From: Dimorphilus gyrociliatus
Taxonomy: Eukaryota > Animalia > Annelida
Direction: 5' to 3'
Length of the DNA: 64,000 bases
Assembly: GCA_904063045.1 (NCBI GenBank)
Contig: CAJFCJ010000012.1
Coordinates: forward strand, 310,001-374,000
Shown here: one piece after another, positions 13,024-26,055 of the stretch
How positions within the stretch are numbered: the stretch's first letter is position 1
Layout of the letters: every line of letters begins with the position of its first letter
Position numbers and translations under genes: made by a program
Notes under the pieces: model-generated
Database searches by the model: none
The model's input: the letters and a program-made list of their open reading frames with translations, nothing else
Told to the model about the DNA's origin: nothing

Positions 13024-16000
13024 TTAAGTTTCTCTGCCACGTTTTTCGTTATTGTAGCTTTCTAAATTCTGTTCAGCTTCTTTTAAAAGGTCTTGCCTTA
13101 ATTTCTTTTGATATTCTTTCATATTATCAGGACCAGGAATTGATCCTGCCCTAGTAATTATCCACGGATGACATAAAATGTCGATGGCTGTGTACCTTTT
13201 CTTTACATTTACTACGAGCAGTTTCTCGATTAAGTCTTTAGCAACTGGAGAGAAAGAAATATTCCATTATGAGCGCAAAGTATAAATGTAAAGAAGTCAT
13301 TAAATTGTGACAAAAGAGGTTTTTTAGTATGTTTACAGCGAGAAGATATTTAAAAGGGCTATTTACGTTTTGAGATTCCATCCCAATAAGGCCTTAGAAA
13401 TTCAAATTCTCCGGCTTTAATGAATTCAAACAACTCAGTCTGATTCCTATCAGGCGATCGGAATGGAGGAAACCCGCAAAGTAAAATGTAACTTATTACA
13501 CCAACAGCCCAATTGTCTATTTCTAGACCATAGCCTATAGGGAGAATAAATTATGGGAAATAATAATAGATATAATACAAAAAGATAGCTTATTGACTTA
13601 CCGCTTTCTAGGAGAATTTCCGGAGCAACGTAAGTAGGAGTTCCGCAAACGGTAAACAATGGTTTCGTTACCTCCATTGCTAAACCAAAATCAGCTAATT
13701 TCAAAGATATTGTACCATCAGTATTTCTATGAACCTGTGTTATTAATAGAATCAATTGTTAGATAATAATTATTAATAGTTGTTTTTGTTAGTTACCAGA
13801 AGATTTTCAGGTTTCAAGTCTCTATGGACGATATTTCTTGAATGTAGATAAAAGAGGGCATTTGCTAAGTCGTTTACCATACTTGAAGATTCTTGTTCCC
13901 CGAATTTTACACTTTGAGTTATAGCGTCGAATAAATCTCCACCCTAATAATATATTAAATTTAATAGGTTAATGATAAGAAAATAGAGATATATTCAATT
14001 ATTCCTGCCGTATTGTATATATTTATACAACGTAGTTTTATAATTAAAGCGTAATTTACTAATATTAGACTTGTTTTTTTAAAGAGGGCGCTCTTTTCAA
14101 ACGTGGAATATATTTCTTTAATGATATTGCTATTTACCTTTACTAATTCCATTATTAGATATATTTCATCTCCGGTTTCATACTCTTCAATCAATTTGCA
14201 GATATTCGGATGATTGCAGTCTTTCATGATTTCAATTTCATTTTCAATCATTTGCTCCTTTCCTTTCAATTTGGCTTTATCGATAACTTTCATGGCATAA
14301 TCAGTATTAGGAGGTTTTCTTAATCTGCAGGGTTTAACTATAGCAAAATTTCCATCTCCTAATGGTTTTTTGCTAGTTATTTCATATTTATCAAAAACAG
14401 TTTGCGGACTAGTAATTTGTCGTTCCAATTTAGTTTTGTAAACAATCTGTTTACTCTTTTTACGTTTTGGTTTTTCCTTTAAAGGTGTTCTAATAGCATC
14501 GGGTTCTTGCAATACTGATCGAGGTCTATCGGTTTTTTTTGGTACTTTCTCATTGTTTTCTATTTCGGACTTATCTTTTACTTTTTTTTCAACTTTAGAT
14601 TTACTCTTCTTTTCAGTTTCTTCCGGAATATCTTTATTTTCTTTATTGTCCATTTTTGTACTTGTCTTTTTTGGTTTGTCATTTTCGGTCTTTTCTTTTG
14701 TTTTTTCTTTTGTTTTTTCTTTTAATTTCTCTTTAACAGGATCCTTTTCCTTTTTCTTTTCCTTTAGTTTTTCATCTTTTTCCTTCGACTTTTCGTCCTT
14801 TTCCTTATCTGTTATTTTTTTATCTTTTTCTTTTGCTTTTTCATCCTTTTCCTTATCTTTTTTCTCTTTTTCTGTATCCTCTTCGTTACCTTGTTCAATT
14901 TCTAAAATTCTAAAACCTGTAGGTTTGTCTTTTCCTCTTTTCTTTGCTCCATCGTCTTTATCTAAATCTTGCTGACTTTCTTTGCCTTTATCATTATCTT
15001 TCTCTGTGTCCGTATCTTTATTATTTTCTTTTCCTTGACCCACAGCTAATAATTTGACTCCTGCGAGTTTGCTTTTGTCTTCATCAGCTTTAGAACCTTT
15101 TGGCTGTTTATCCCTCCTATCATGCTTATCATTCTTTTCTTTTAGTAATTTTTCGTTATCATATGGCTCTTTGTCAGCTCCTTTATTTCTTGGAGTTAAT
15201 TTCTTCTTATTATTTCCTTCATCACCCTTTTGCACTACAATTATTTTGGATTCTTCGTCTCTTGGCTTTCTGGGAGACCATCGTCCTCCCTCTTTATCCT
15301 CATAGGGTTGTAAGCCTCTTAATTTTCTTTCATCTTCCAGTGCTCTTCTTTCTAGCTCTTGTCTTCTATGTTTAGCCCTTCTGGCTCTTTCCCGTTCTTC
15401 ATCAGCATACCTTAAATGAAAAGAATAATTGACATTAAGCCTAAGGTAAAATATTATAAAAATAGTCCTAGATGAGAGGTTTATCTATGTGAAACATTTA
15501 CCTTAGTCTTTGAGCTTCGAGATTCTTTTTCCTTGCTTTCTTAAGCATTCTCTCGGGATCTTCAGATCCTTCACTACCAATGCCACTATCATCCTGCTTA
15601 CCCTCTTCGAATTTTCTACCTTTTTTCCTGTTCTTTTCCCAGAGTTTGGCTAAATTTTTGGCATAAGGAGAGTCGGGGTATAATTCTTCCAAAATATCCT
15701 GGACATCAGTTCCTGTGATACTCTCGTTTCCAACCCCGACGAAAACATCATCGTCCCGAAAAACATCACCAACACCTTTTACTTCCCTTCCTTTTAGGGT
15801 ATATAAACTCTTTACTTTGTTGTTTTTATATTTAGGACCGAATGCTTCCGAAATATCTGTGACTAACTCCTCAAATGATTTAATTCCTCTTCTGTTCAGT
15901 AAAATTTTTACATTCGTTCTTGGACGTTGTCCATTTCTAACAACAGTAATTACTTTCGGTCTGTAGTTGGGAACTTCATTCCTCGAAGTTGATGCCCAGT

Positions 16001-18696
16001 AGCTACCAGGTCCAGCTCTACTGCCAAATGTTCCGGGAGGTAGGTATCTTTTTGGAGGATATGATTGGCGGAGTCTTGAAGGATGAAAACCATCCAGGAG
16101 AGGTCGATAAAAGTCGTGTTGGTGTACTTTACCTGAAATGAAATTTATCAATACATCAAAAATGCTTTTTATTTTCTTTGATAAATGAACAGACAATCTC
16201 GTCCCCAAATGTACTTCCGATACAGTAACGGAGGATCAGGTCCTATATCTATCACTTTAACTTTTGGCTTATGTTTGAAACCAAATTTTTTAGCTAAGCT
16301 ATCAACATTACTCGTACTTGCTACAGCAGCCATTTTGAAACGATCTGGTTTTGAACGAAAGCTAACGTTTCTCTGATCTATAAGGATTGAATGCGTATGG
16401 AAATTGTATTTGTTTAATGGCGGTAATCGCTCGATATTTACTGCATTCCACCGTCTTGGTTACAAGTTTCTTAGCAGTTTGGGTTGGCAATGTTGACCAT
16501 TCATTAAATTAAAAGCTTGACAACTATTCTCTTATAAAAAATCTTCAGTTTTTCTTAAAAATTAAAACTTTCAAATATTCAATTAAAACCTCTCAAATAA
16601 ATATCAGTGACATTCTAGGATCGATAGACGTTAAAAATCAATAGATGTCATTAAATTGAAATTAACGACCTGCCCTATCACTTCCGTTTCGTAAGGGCAA
16701 TGTGGGAGGACATAAATAAAGCAATTAATAAATAAAATATTATTATTTAGATAGTCGCATTTAATTCAAAAGCATTTTTTTACGAAATGCTTAGCAGCCT
16801 AAGTGAAAGGGTCAATTTTATTCTCAATGGGAAATTATTGATCTAAAGTTTATGACTTTGATTTCGAGACTTTCTTTATATGTTAATGTTCTTTTACTAT
16901 TTCCTTTTCTATTTAATACTGACATTTTCTTTATGATTTGTGCAAACTACCGGTTAGTTTTTAATAAACGAAAGTCAGAAGGATAGGTAAACTATTGATT
17001 AGCCTAAAATTCATTAACTGATATATCTCCATCAACAATACAATGACTTTCCTGATTCTAATCTATAATTTTGTTAAATCACTTTTATGAATGAAAAGTT
17101 TTTCCACTTTAGTTTAATAAATTTAATGTTTGAATCTGTCTTTATTTGATATAATAAAATAAGATATCGGAAGAGATCTATCTTTGTATTGGTGTAACAA
17201 ACCTTTTCTTTTAAAGAAATGGTAAAGAATTTACCTTTAAGGTTATAAAAGGCCTTATAATTAGTATTGTATACCTTAACAGGCTACTGATAATTTCCCT
17301 TAAATTACTAATTAAAGACTAAAATAAAAGCTAATAAAAAGTAATGGATATACTATATCTATATTTAGATTTTAAAATCACTCAACCATCAAATTAAAGT
17401 CTTTTAATCTTTCTAATCTTTATTTAATCCAGTTTTGTTGTTGAATGAAAACTATTAGAAATTCATTGTCTACTTGAAACTTTCAGTATAGAAGTTGCAA
17501 AGTAATATTATTATATTTTCTATTATTTTTTTAAAGTCTGCCTTCTGTTCTTAAACTGGAAACAATAAATTGTTTGCAATTTTTTTCTGTTAGATATTCC
17601 AAAGATCGCAGTTTAGATTAATCTATTGGATTTTTTATAGCTTCTTTAATAGCATTTTCAAGAAAAGAGAGAAATTTCGGTTTCTATTTTTAGGAATGTG
17701 TAAATAATTACTTAGCATTGAATGAAGAAATCAATGTTCATGTTTTCATTAGGTGATATATTGCCGCTTCTTATTCAGGATAGCAGGAAATGCTACTTCT
17801 TTAATCAAAATTCGTATTAATTACCTACTCAATTAGTGGGTAATTTTCTCATCAAAAAAAGGTACTTTCTATTCAGGAGTTTCGTAGCCAGGAATAAAAA
17901 ATAAGAGATTATCTATTTGTTAAAATGGACAACACCAGACCTTTTAAACGCTTGCGATAAAAAAAACGATATGCAGCAATAGATAATAGATAAGCTGAAG
18001 TTTAATAATTGTGAACCATTTATGAATGTTTTATTGTCTTAATTACCTGATGAAATACGATTATTATAATACTAATTTGGACTTTAAAACGCTACTGAAT
18101 AATAAATTATAAATTAAAGAGGGTACAAAGCTACTTTTATACCATCTCTGGTCTGTGAACTGTGACAAAAGAAGCATTTCAAAGGGCTATATTAGTTATT
18201 GAATTACTGATGCTTAAAATTTAGAGTTAAGCACATAGGGAATAGTTAGAAAATGTCAAAATAACAAACTACTTTAGAATAAAGTTACAATAGACTACTT
18301 ACTAGACAAACTCCAAGGTTCGGGAGGACCTTCACCGTAATTTAGCGTTTTAAAACCTTCAAAACCAGCACAAACATAAGAACTACCATCTTGAAGCTCT
18401 TCAATATCTCTGACTCTTTTCCCCCTCATGGGTGTATAAATCTGACGAACCCCATAAGGCAAAGTAACATTGGAACTTAATTTATCCGTCAAATCATTGA
18501 GCAAATCTTGAAAATTTACGTATCTATGAGGGGTAATATACAGTTTTCTCCCTTTAAAATATCGGTCTCCATTTGCGAAGAATCTTAATTTTTTCGGTCT
18601 TCTTAATTCTCTATATTTGTCATCTACAATGTCTCTGTGAGATGTTGATATATCTTGATTATTCCAAATACGCCTATTCATAGTCTCTGCAGCCAT
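13024..18696 (-). CDS. DCLK3: Doublecortin-like Ser/Thr kinase (DCLK3-like): two DCX domains, long K/E/D-rich linker, CAMK-type kinase domain
   Basis: DCX1 exon 18696-~18303 ([12 protein letters not shown]...[10 protein letters not shown], donor TCTA|gtaagt). DCX2 in 16132-15502 (RPKVITVV...LLNRR...ISEAFG...LYTLKGRE). Kinase motifs [71 protein letters not shown]; stop at 13026-13024. DCLK3 subfamily assignment is from remembered motif similarity, not a search. Confidence 0.88.
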
Positions 18697-19820
18697 TTTC
18701 TGATCTTAGGCACTTCGCATTGCTGTTCTTAATAAATAGACTTTATTTGTACAACAAATCTCTCTTATTATTCTTTCGATAATTAAAAAAACTATTAGTT
18801 ATAGAACACTACCTTGTATAGAGTTCAGTTTCCCGCTTATCGCGTAATTCTAATTACGTAACACTGATAAATGATCAAAACTAGGTCGGACGATTGCAGG
18901 GTAAAAACTGTTCAAGCGTCGTTATTACTGCTCTTCTAATCGATAACGGGATTATAGGCCTCGTAACTCAATCAGGCCTTTTGTCATTTCAACCAGTTTC
19001 TGTTGATAGGGTAAGTATATTTCGTATATCTTATGCGCGGATATATGAATAATTGATTTATTCATTCGACTACCGATAGACCATCATTGTTTTTAAGAGT
19101 TAATTCTATAAAAGATTTTAAATATTGATAATGGCAATAATTAATACAGCTAGAATTAACTTATTTCTATCGTTTCCCTTTAAATACTCCTTACAAGCTT
19201 AATGATTTGAAAGTGCAATTAAAAAAAGTTTCCCTTTCATTTCACTACTTATTGACAGATTGCGTTATTTTTTTGAGAAGACATACCGGAAGTACTTCGA
19301 CTATTCGTATTGTATTTTTGTTGTCAGTAAGGAGAGCGAACGAAAGACGATTTTTTAATAACTATCAATTTAAATCTCTTCGTTTCCGTTCAAATTATCT
19401 ATAAATATATTGTTATATATGTAATGTCAATAGTCAATTAGAACTTCAAAGAAATATTTTATATATAGACAATTGAAGCTAGACATTTCTTTTATTTTAG
19501 ATTAGACTTGACCAAATTTATTAAAAAGTCTATATGGTAAAAATTCTAAAAGTATAACAATTGAATATTTTAATAACAATGAAAGAAAGTTGATTTTAAC
19601 GCTGTCAAATAAAGAGAAAAAAATACAGGAAACTACTTTCTTTTGTTTAGAAATTCAATGAAAAAAAATCTAATAAAGATAAAAAAGTATAATAGAGAAA
19701 AAGGTGCTAACAAAAAAACTTTTGAATATAGAACGTTTTCTCTTTTTTTCCATTTAATTCCAATAAACGATCATTTATCAATGTTCTATATTTATTAAAC
19801 ATAATTATTAATCTTTAATT

Positions 19821-19822
19821 AC

Positions 19823-19855
<33 letters not shown>
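19821..19855. repeat. (AT)n microsatellite
   Basis: Read directly from the sequence. Confidence 0.9.
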
Positions 19856-20419
19856 CATTTATATATATTTGTTCACACTAAAGTTTTATCTTTAAATTAA
19901 AGATACAATATTGTTAGATATAAATAAACTATAAGCAAATACAAGATAAATAACCCGTATTCTAAGTATCATGTGACTTTTGTATATAATTTTATTATTA
20001 GGTAAAGAAAATATAGTTTGTAATAATCAAGTTTACGTCCGTCAAACAAATATGAATAAACATAAAGTTTTTCATTTTTTGATAATGACTGTCACAATAT
20101 ATTGCTAAGTCTCAATTTTTTCTCCAGGTGGCGCATCAAACTTGCATAGCAAATAGTAAGATCAATATTAAAGCGCCATCTTGAGATATAGAAAGCTTAT
20201 TTCTTCATGAGCATAATGTTATGTAAGAATTAAAAGAAAAAGGGATTGAAAAATAGAGACCGTACACCAGATGCCACTACAAAACACCTGTAAAATAACA
20301 TAATATTGATTATAGACCGAGTATAATATACATTGTACAGAGATAAACGTGCAATGTATAGTTATAAACTGGAATGTTTAACAATGAAAAATAAACGTAC
20401 AAATGCTGAAACAATCGAT

Positions 20420-20833
20420 TCAAATTGTACTATCAAAACCAGGATTCGTTATCCCTTTACTAGCATGTCTTCTATATTTGCCATAAAACTTATCTCCATC
20501 AGCCTCTTCCAACTCAATTTTCTTTCTTTCTTTTATCCTATATTTACAATAACTCGTCATGCAGCATCCCATGCTTAATAATGTTAATATTCCACCAATA
20601 ATTAAATAAATTAATCCAACTTTTGTGTCTTCGTCTTCTGAAGAAATAATAAATAAAACAGCTCCAATAATGAGTAATATTAAGGCAGGTAAGATAAATT
20701 GTAGACTCCCTATAGGTAAGTTGTATAAGCACGATTTTAAGATAGATCTTTCGGTTATCGGTTTAACTTTGGGTATTCCTCTTCTTGGTCCTTCTTCCAA
20801 CCTCAGATCAAATGTTTGTGATAATCTATTCAT
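20420..20833 (-). CDS. Small (137 aa) two-transmembrane protein, family unassigned
   Basis: Single ATG-initiated ORF. Two hydrophobic segments (FILPALILLIIGAVLFII; VGLIYLIIGGILTLLSMGCC) joined by a short acidic loop, juxtamembrane Cys cluster followed by a basic stretch, C-terminus NPGFDSTI. Confidence 0.7.
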   Translation of the reverse strand: MNRLSQTFDLRLEEGPRRGIPKVKPITERSILKSCLYNLPIGSLQFILPALILLIIGAVLFIISSEDEDTKVGLIYLIIGGILTLLSMGCCMTSYCKYRIKERKKIELEEADGDKFYGKYRRHASKGITNPGFDSTI

Positions 20834-23800
20834 AGTTTATCATAAAACTTATTAAGTCTTGAACATTTTTTCAATAAAACGAAAGGCCTTTCTGTGTATT
20901 GTAATAATCCTATATTGAATTTATATTGCAGCTGTTCCGTATCGATGAGCACGTCTTTTTTAGTATCCTCTTTCTGTAATTTTGGTCTGTTTTTACTTCT
21001 ATAAAGATCGAAGAGAACGTGAATATTAATTTATAAACAACCAAACGTAACTTGAAAAAGACATGCTCACAATTTTAACATAAATAAGAACAACTTGAAA
21101 TTCTACTATATGCTATATGCTATAGACGCTGTGTTCTTTTTTTCAATACAATTTTACGATATTTGAAAACAGTTACATCGATTTTTCTTCCATTCATCTT
21201 ATATAATTAGAAAAATGAACGTTTTAAAAATATTTTTGTTGGGCAGATGACAAGACATTACCTGTAGAAAATCCGATCATTTCTCCATACAATATTGATT
21301 TCAAGTATAGATGGCACTGTTGTATTTTTAATTATCGACTTTCTAAAACGTTTATTGGATGAATTTCTTAAAAATGAAGAGCAACGAAACGTGTAGTAAC
21401 TATAAAGAGATGTACACACTCTTTATAGCTTATGGTTAAATGAATTGTTTAATGTTTTTTTTTTTGCAACATATCTATATTTTTTCTAATTATAGAATCA
21501 AATATTTTAGAGCTTGTCTAACGAATATACTATTACAAATATTCAAAACCTAACCTAATCTTTATTCTATTAGCTATATACACGAATAAATTAATAAGAT
21601 GTCAAAATTAATAAACACAATAGCTATCATTAGCTATTAGAAGAGTTCTTTTTCATATTCTTACTACGTTTTAATAAGCAGAACATTGATATCTAATATT
21701 CAGTGTTAGCAGCTATTTGAAATATTTAACATGTATTTTATAATTTCCATCAGTCAGTGTTTATCCTCTAAATCAATTAAATAACGAATATAATGCATTT
21801 GTTATAGTTTCATGAGAATTTAAAAATGTTAATCAATATCTAAAAGAATTTAATTATTTTACATATTTTTTCCGTTATTATTCTATTAATATCATTCAGA
21901 AATATATAGACTGCTTTAACGTATACGTAAAATTTAACATATGTATGTGTTCATGAGCAATTATTGTCTATTATGATTTTTTATATATATATATATATAT
22001 TTTCTTTTCTACTACTATTTTCACTTTAACTAAACGTCTCAGGTAACCGTTGTTGATTCTATATCACATGTTTGTCAAATTCTTTGTTGACTAATTGTGC
22101 TATTTGTCCTAGTTCTAACTAATAAAAAGTTATTTTTGACTTTGATAATTCCTTGCTGTTGATTTTGTTAGAGTTTAGTAATGAGTAAGGTTGTAACTCA
22201 AACCTTACAGAATGATCTCTGCCATTTTATTACCTCACTCGTTAGCTAATATTTCAGTGTCGACTACATCAATCTCGTATATTATTGTTATTATATTTTA
22301 CGATTGTAAAAGTAATATTTGTACATCACATCTAATTTAAACTACAAAGTAATGAATCATATCTAAAGCATTAATAGACATTTTAAATATTTTGTTATGT
22401 AAAATTAAACTGATTGGACATATTGTGGAAATGAAATTGATGTCTCTAAACAATAATTGAGCTCTTATGATAGTTATACGAGAATGATAATCTTTATCTT
22501 CCGCATGTACCTAATTGTTTCTTTTAAACATTTAGTACTTTTCAATAAAGAGAATTCTTTGCCCTTCAAGAAAATTATCTGCAAAATGTTGAAATTTTCT
22601 GTATTGTTTGAAGTACACATCTTCAAAAGTCTAAAAACAAGTACTTTTTAGGAGGAGACAGGTTTGTATTTAATCCAAGCCTTTTAGGTAGGTAAACGAA
22701 CTATAGAAGTGAAATTCAAGAGAATATAATTACCAAAAGAGGAATCCAATTTCAAATTCAAGTGGTATAAATGGGTTTTTTAAGAACTTTAAAAGAACAT
22801 TTTACTTAGAAAGACGTAAAATATCTATAATTGTGTGAGAATTGTTATTACTTTCATTTGTACTTTTTTTAAGCCTATTTCAAGTGCAAGTGCTATATCC
22901 ATATTTCAGTTGTTAAGAAGACAAACTAAACATACTTCGATTGCCAAGGCAAAAAACTTATAATAATAAAGATTATAGAAGACTCTTGTCCTGGGAAATT
23001 GGCTGACTGACACTTACCGATTGCCGGTGAAAAAGTAGACAGAAGGTTTTTAGTAGATAACAATTAGTTTGAAGAGGCAAAGTATTATAATAATGATGTG
23101 CATATAAATGATAAAGTTAATAGAATATTTGCATGAAGCAAAGGGAAAAGGAATAAAACTGCCAATCTTGATTCTCACAAGTCTATTCATATATTCATCC
23201 TTCGCCGAGGGATTTAGAAACACAAATGAGAAAGAAATAATCACAAAAGAGTATCCAAAAATTTAGAAAATATAGGAACGATATTCAACTAATTTAAAAA
23301 AGATATCAAGATTATTGGAGAATTAGTTGAGAAGAAGTAAAACTAAACTATTTAACAAAAGAAGTAAGTCGAGAAGAGTAGAAGAAGAAAACGAATGCAT
23401 TTCTACTTTTCTACTTTTGAAAAACTTACAATGTTAAAGTATTTTAAACGTTCACTTTACTTTTCTTCTATACTGTTTTCAACATATTTTTGTACAATCA
23501 TTAAATTAGTATTTCATTCTGCTAGTAAGATATGAATTAATTAGTTTATCTTGATATTGTATATTAAATCAATATGTTACCTTCCCTGTGTTAAAAGGCA
23601 TTTTTATATTAAAGTGAGCTTCTCTTACATTCCTTTTTAATTTTAAGTATATTAAATAAGCATTACTGATAGTAGATTAAATAAGATAAGATGTAATGTC
23701 TATTATAGACTATACCTTACATGGAAGGAGATATTCCGTGTGAAGTAAATTGAAATATTTTTTCATATCATGCTTTTGACAAGAAAAGTTTATTTCACAG

Positions 23801-25010
23801 AAATTTCTACAAATTTATACGTGCATCATGTTTAACTTGCATTAGACTGATGCTGTGACTTAAAATATTTTATTAAAACAGCTGGTGTTCAATGTATAAG
23901 CAGTTTTTTTTCTCATTGATTAAATGAGTAAGCTTATACTAGTTCCTTGTCTATTAACATTTCTCATAATATGAAAAAGCGCCCGCCTATACTAACAAAT
24001 CTTGTAAAATTCATTGCGATGAAAATCTTATTTATTAGAAAATTCCAATGCTATTCCATATATCTGTTTAATTGAATATATTGTGCCCTTAAAAAATACA
24101 TATTTTAGCAATTACAAGGAATACCGTTTTTATTTTAATCATCATTAAATTTACATTTTATCTTTGCCGGAGATATGCTAATACTGTATACTGTTTAAAA
24201 ATATAATAAATCAATACTTTATTGCTAGTGATTATATCATAGATGAACCCTTCAATTGATAGAAAATTGTGCTGTGAGATTCTACCTAGAAAATCGGCTA
24301 AATATTTCAATTAATGCTGTTTCTATACTTTAAAGGTAACACAAAAATAAATCAGGAAGCTATAACTAAATACAAATAAAAAATTTACGGTATGAAAGGA
24401 CAAAATAATGAAGATGTAAGGGTTTAGTGAAACTTCACTTTCTATAAAGCGGAATATTAGAAAACTTCGACAGATGGCACAATAGTACGATATTTCCAAT
24501 TTGGTTACTACACTGTAAATTAACGAATGTTGTTAACTTTTCAGAATTAGATAAGAAAAATGCTCCTTATTCATGCTAGATATTTAAGAAATTGAAAAAG
24601 TCTCGATAAAATCGAAGATATTGAAAGAATTTTATAAGCAAATAAACAGAATTACCTTCACACGTGTATGCAACATACAGAATATTCGTATTATTATTTA
24701 TTTTAATTTTAGAAAGCTATTTTACATTACAAAGCAAATCTGGCACAATTTCAAGAAAACATTGTAAAAATGAATTGACTTTTTCTATATAAATACTAAT
24801 ATATCAAGTAAACTGCATAAAAACTGGAACATCTTGAATTTTGATAGGCCAAACATTACAAATTTTTTTCACTATGAAAAAATGTATTTTTTTTTATTTT
24901 TTCCGTGTTAAATATTAGATTAAGCTTAGATTTATATCCGAATTCCTTTCAAATAGCATTTAGGTAAGTTTTTATATCATTTTTTTTAGTAAAATAGTTA
25001 TGAACAGGTG

Positions 25011-25079
25011 TCACATGTTCTCAATTGGACTGAGGTTGGAGCTCTTTGCGGGCCAATCAAGAAGATGGATGCCATTCTT
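25011..25079 (-). mobile_element. Decayed Tc1/mariner transposase fragment
   Basis: Minus strand reads KNGIHLLDWPAKSSNLSPIENM* and matches the Tc1 motif HLLDWPSQSPDLNPIE(H/N)LW around the catalytic Glu, with Trp changed to TGA. No TIRs or longer ORF found. Confidence 0.7.
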
Positions 25080-26055
25080 GCTGTTGTTCGTAATTTTCCT
25101 AGTTCGTTGTATTTCTTGTTTGCAATATCTCAAACATCTTTACTCCACTTCATAATTAAATAAAGAATGAACTAATATAATTAAAATTGACAATAAGTGA
25201 GAAACTTAGCTTAAAAAGGCAAATAAGTTGAAAAAATGTTGTTTAAAACATCTATTTGAATGCCAAATAATTGACTATTGCAATAACTCTGCATCGCGAC
25301 AAAATAAAGAACAAATTATCGAAAACTACTAAAAATATTTTCCTACTGATATTCACAAATATCATCATTTTCTCTATTTTTTCAAAATTACGTAAACATA
25401 ACTTTCTTTTAGATAAATTTAGACAAAAAAAACTACTTTAGAACGAACAAACAATGTTAAATGTTAATTAAAAGTTAGCCTATTAAAAATTTACGGTGTC
25501 CATTTTTTTCAGATTTTTTACTATATATTTTAGTGTATTAGAAACGATCAGTCAAAAAATGAAAAATTCTTATATTTTTTAACGACTCAGCAAATTTTTA
25601 TTACCATTTAAATAATTGTGTAAGGATTTGCTTGACCTAAATATTAATTCAAATTTCGTACCACTCTTGTGCTGGTACGGCTTTTGATAGAAAGTGACTT
25701 AAGGATTCCATTGAATATTATAATGTATTCAAAATTGTTTATATTATTGATGTAAAATCTTCAATAGCTGTTGAAAAAAAGTATTCTGAAATGCTTGTTA
25801 TATTTAGTTAGGCAATTATCATCCTCTTTTGATATCTTGAGATAAAACCTGATAAAGTTAGTATTATTAGTAGACGAATTTTATGTAAATATCTACAGCA
25901 AACTTCACTCATTATCGATTTCTAATATTGTTTATGTAAACTTTGTCTAGCTAGGCAACCGACGAACAACTACAAATATAGCTAATACTATATATTCGTT
26001 CATTCAACAGTGATAAATACAGTTTATTCTACCTTTTGTCTTTATTTCTTTTAAT

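Noticed and set aside
14553-15375. Long F/S/L-rich plus-strand ORFs
   Set aside because: Antisense shadows of the K/E-rich DCLK3 linker.
20124-20185. CTCF/YY1-like GC motifs forming a short imperfect inverted repeat (similar motifs at ~62720-62790)
   Set aside because: The matches are partial and short. They cannot be distinguished from chance GC-rich islands without a PWM scan or ChIP data.
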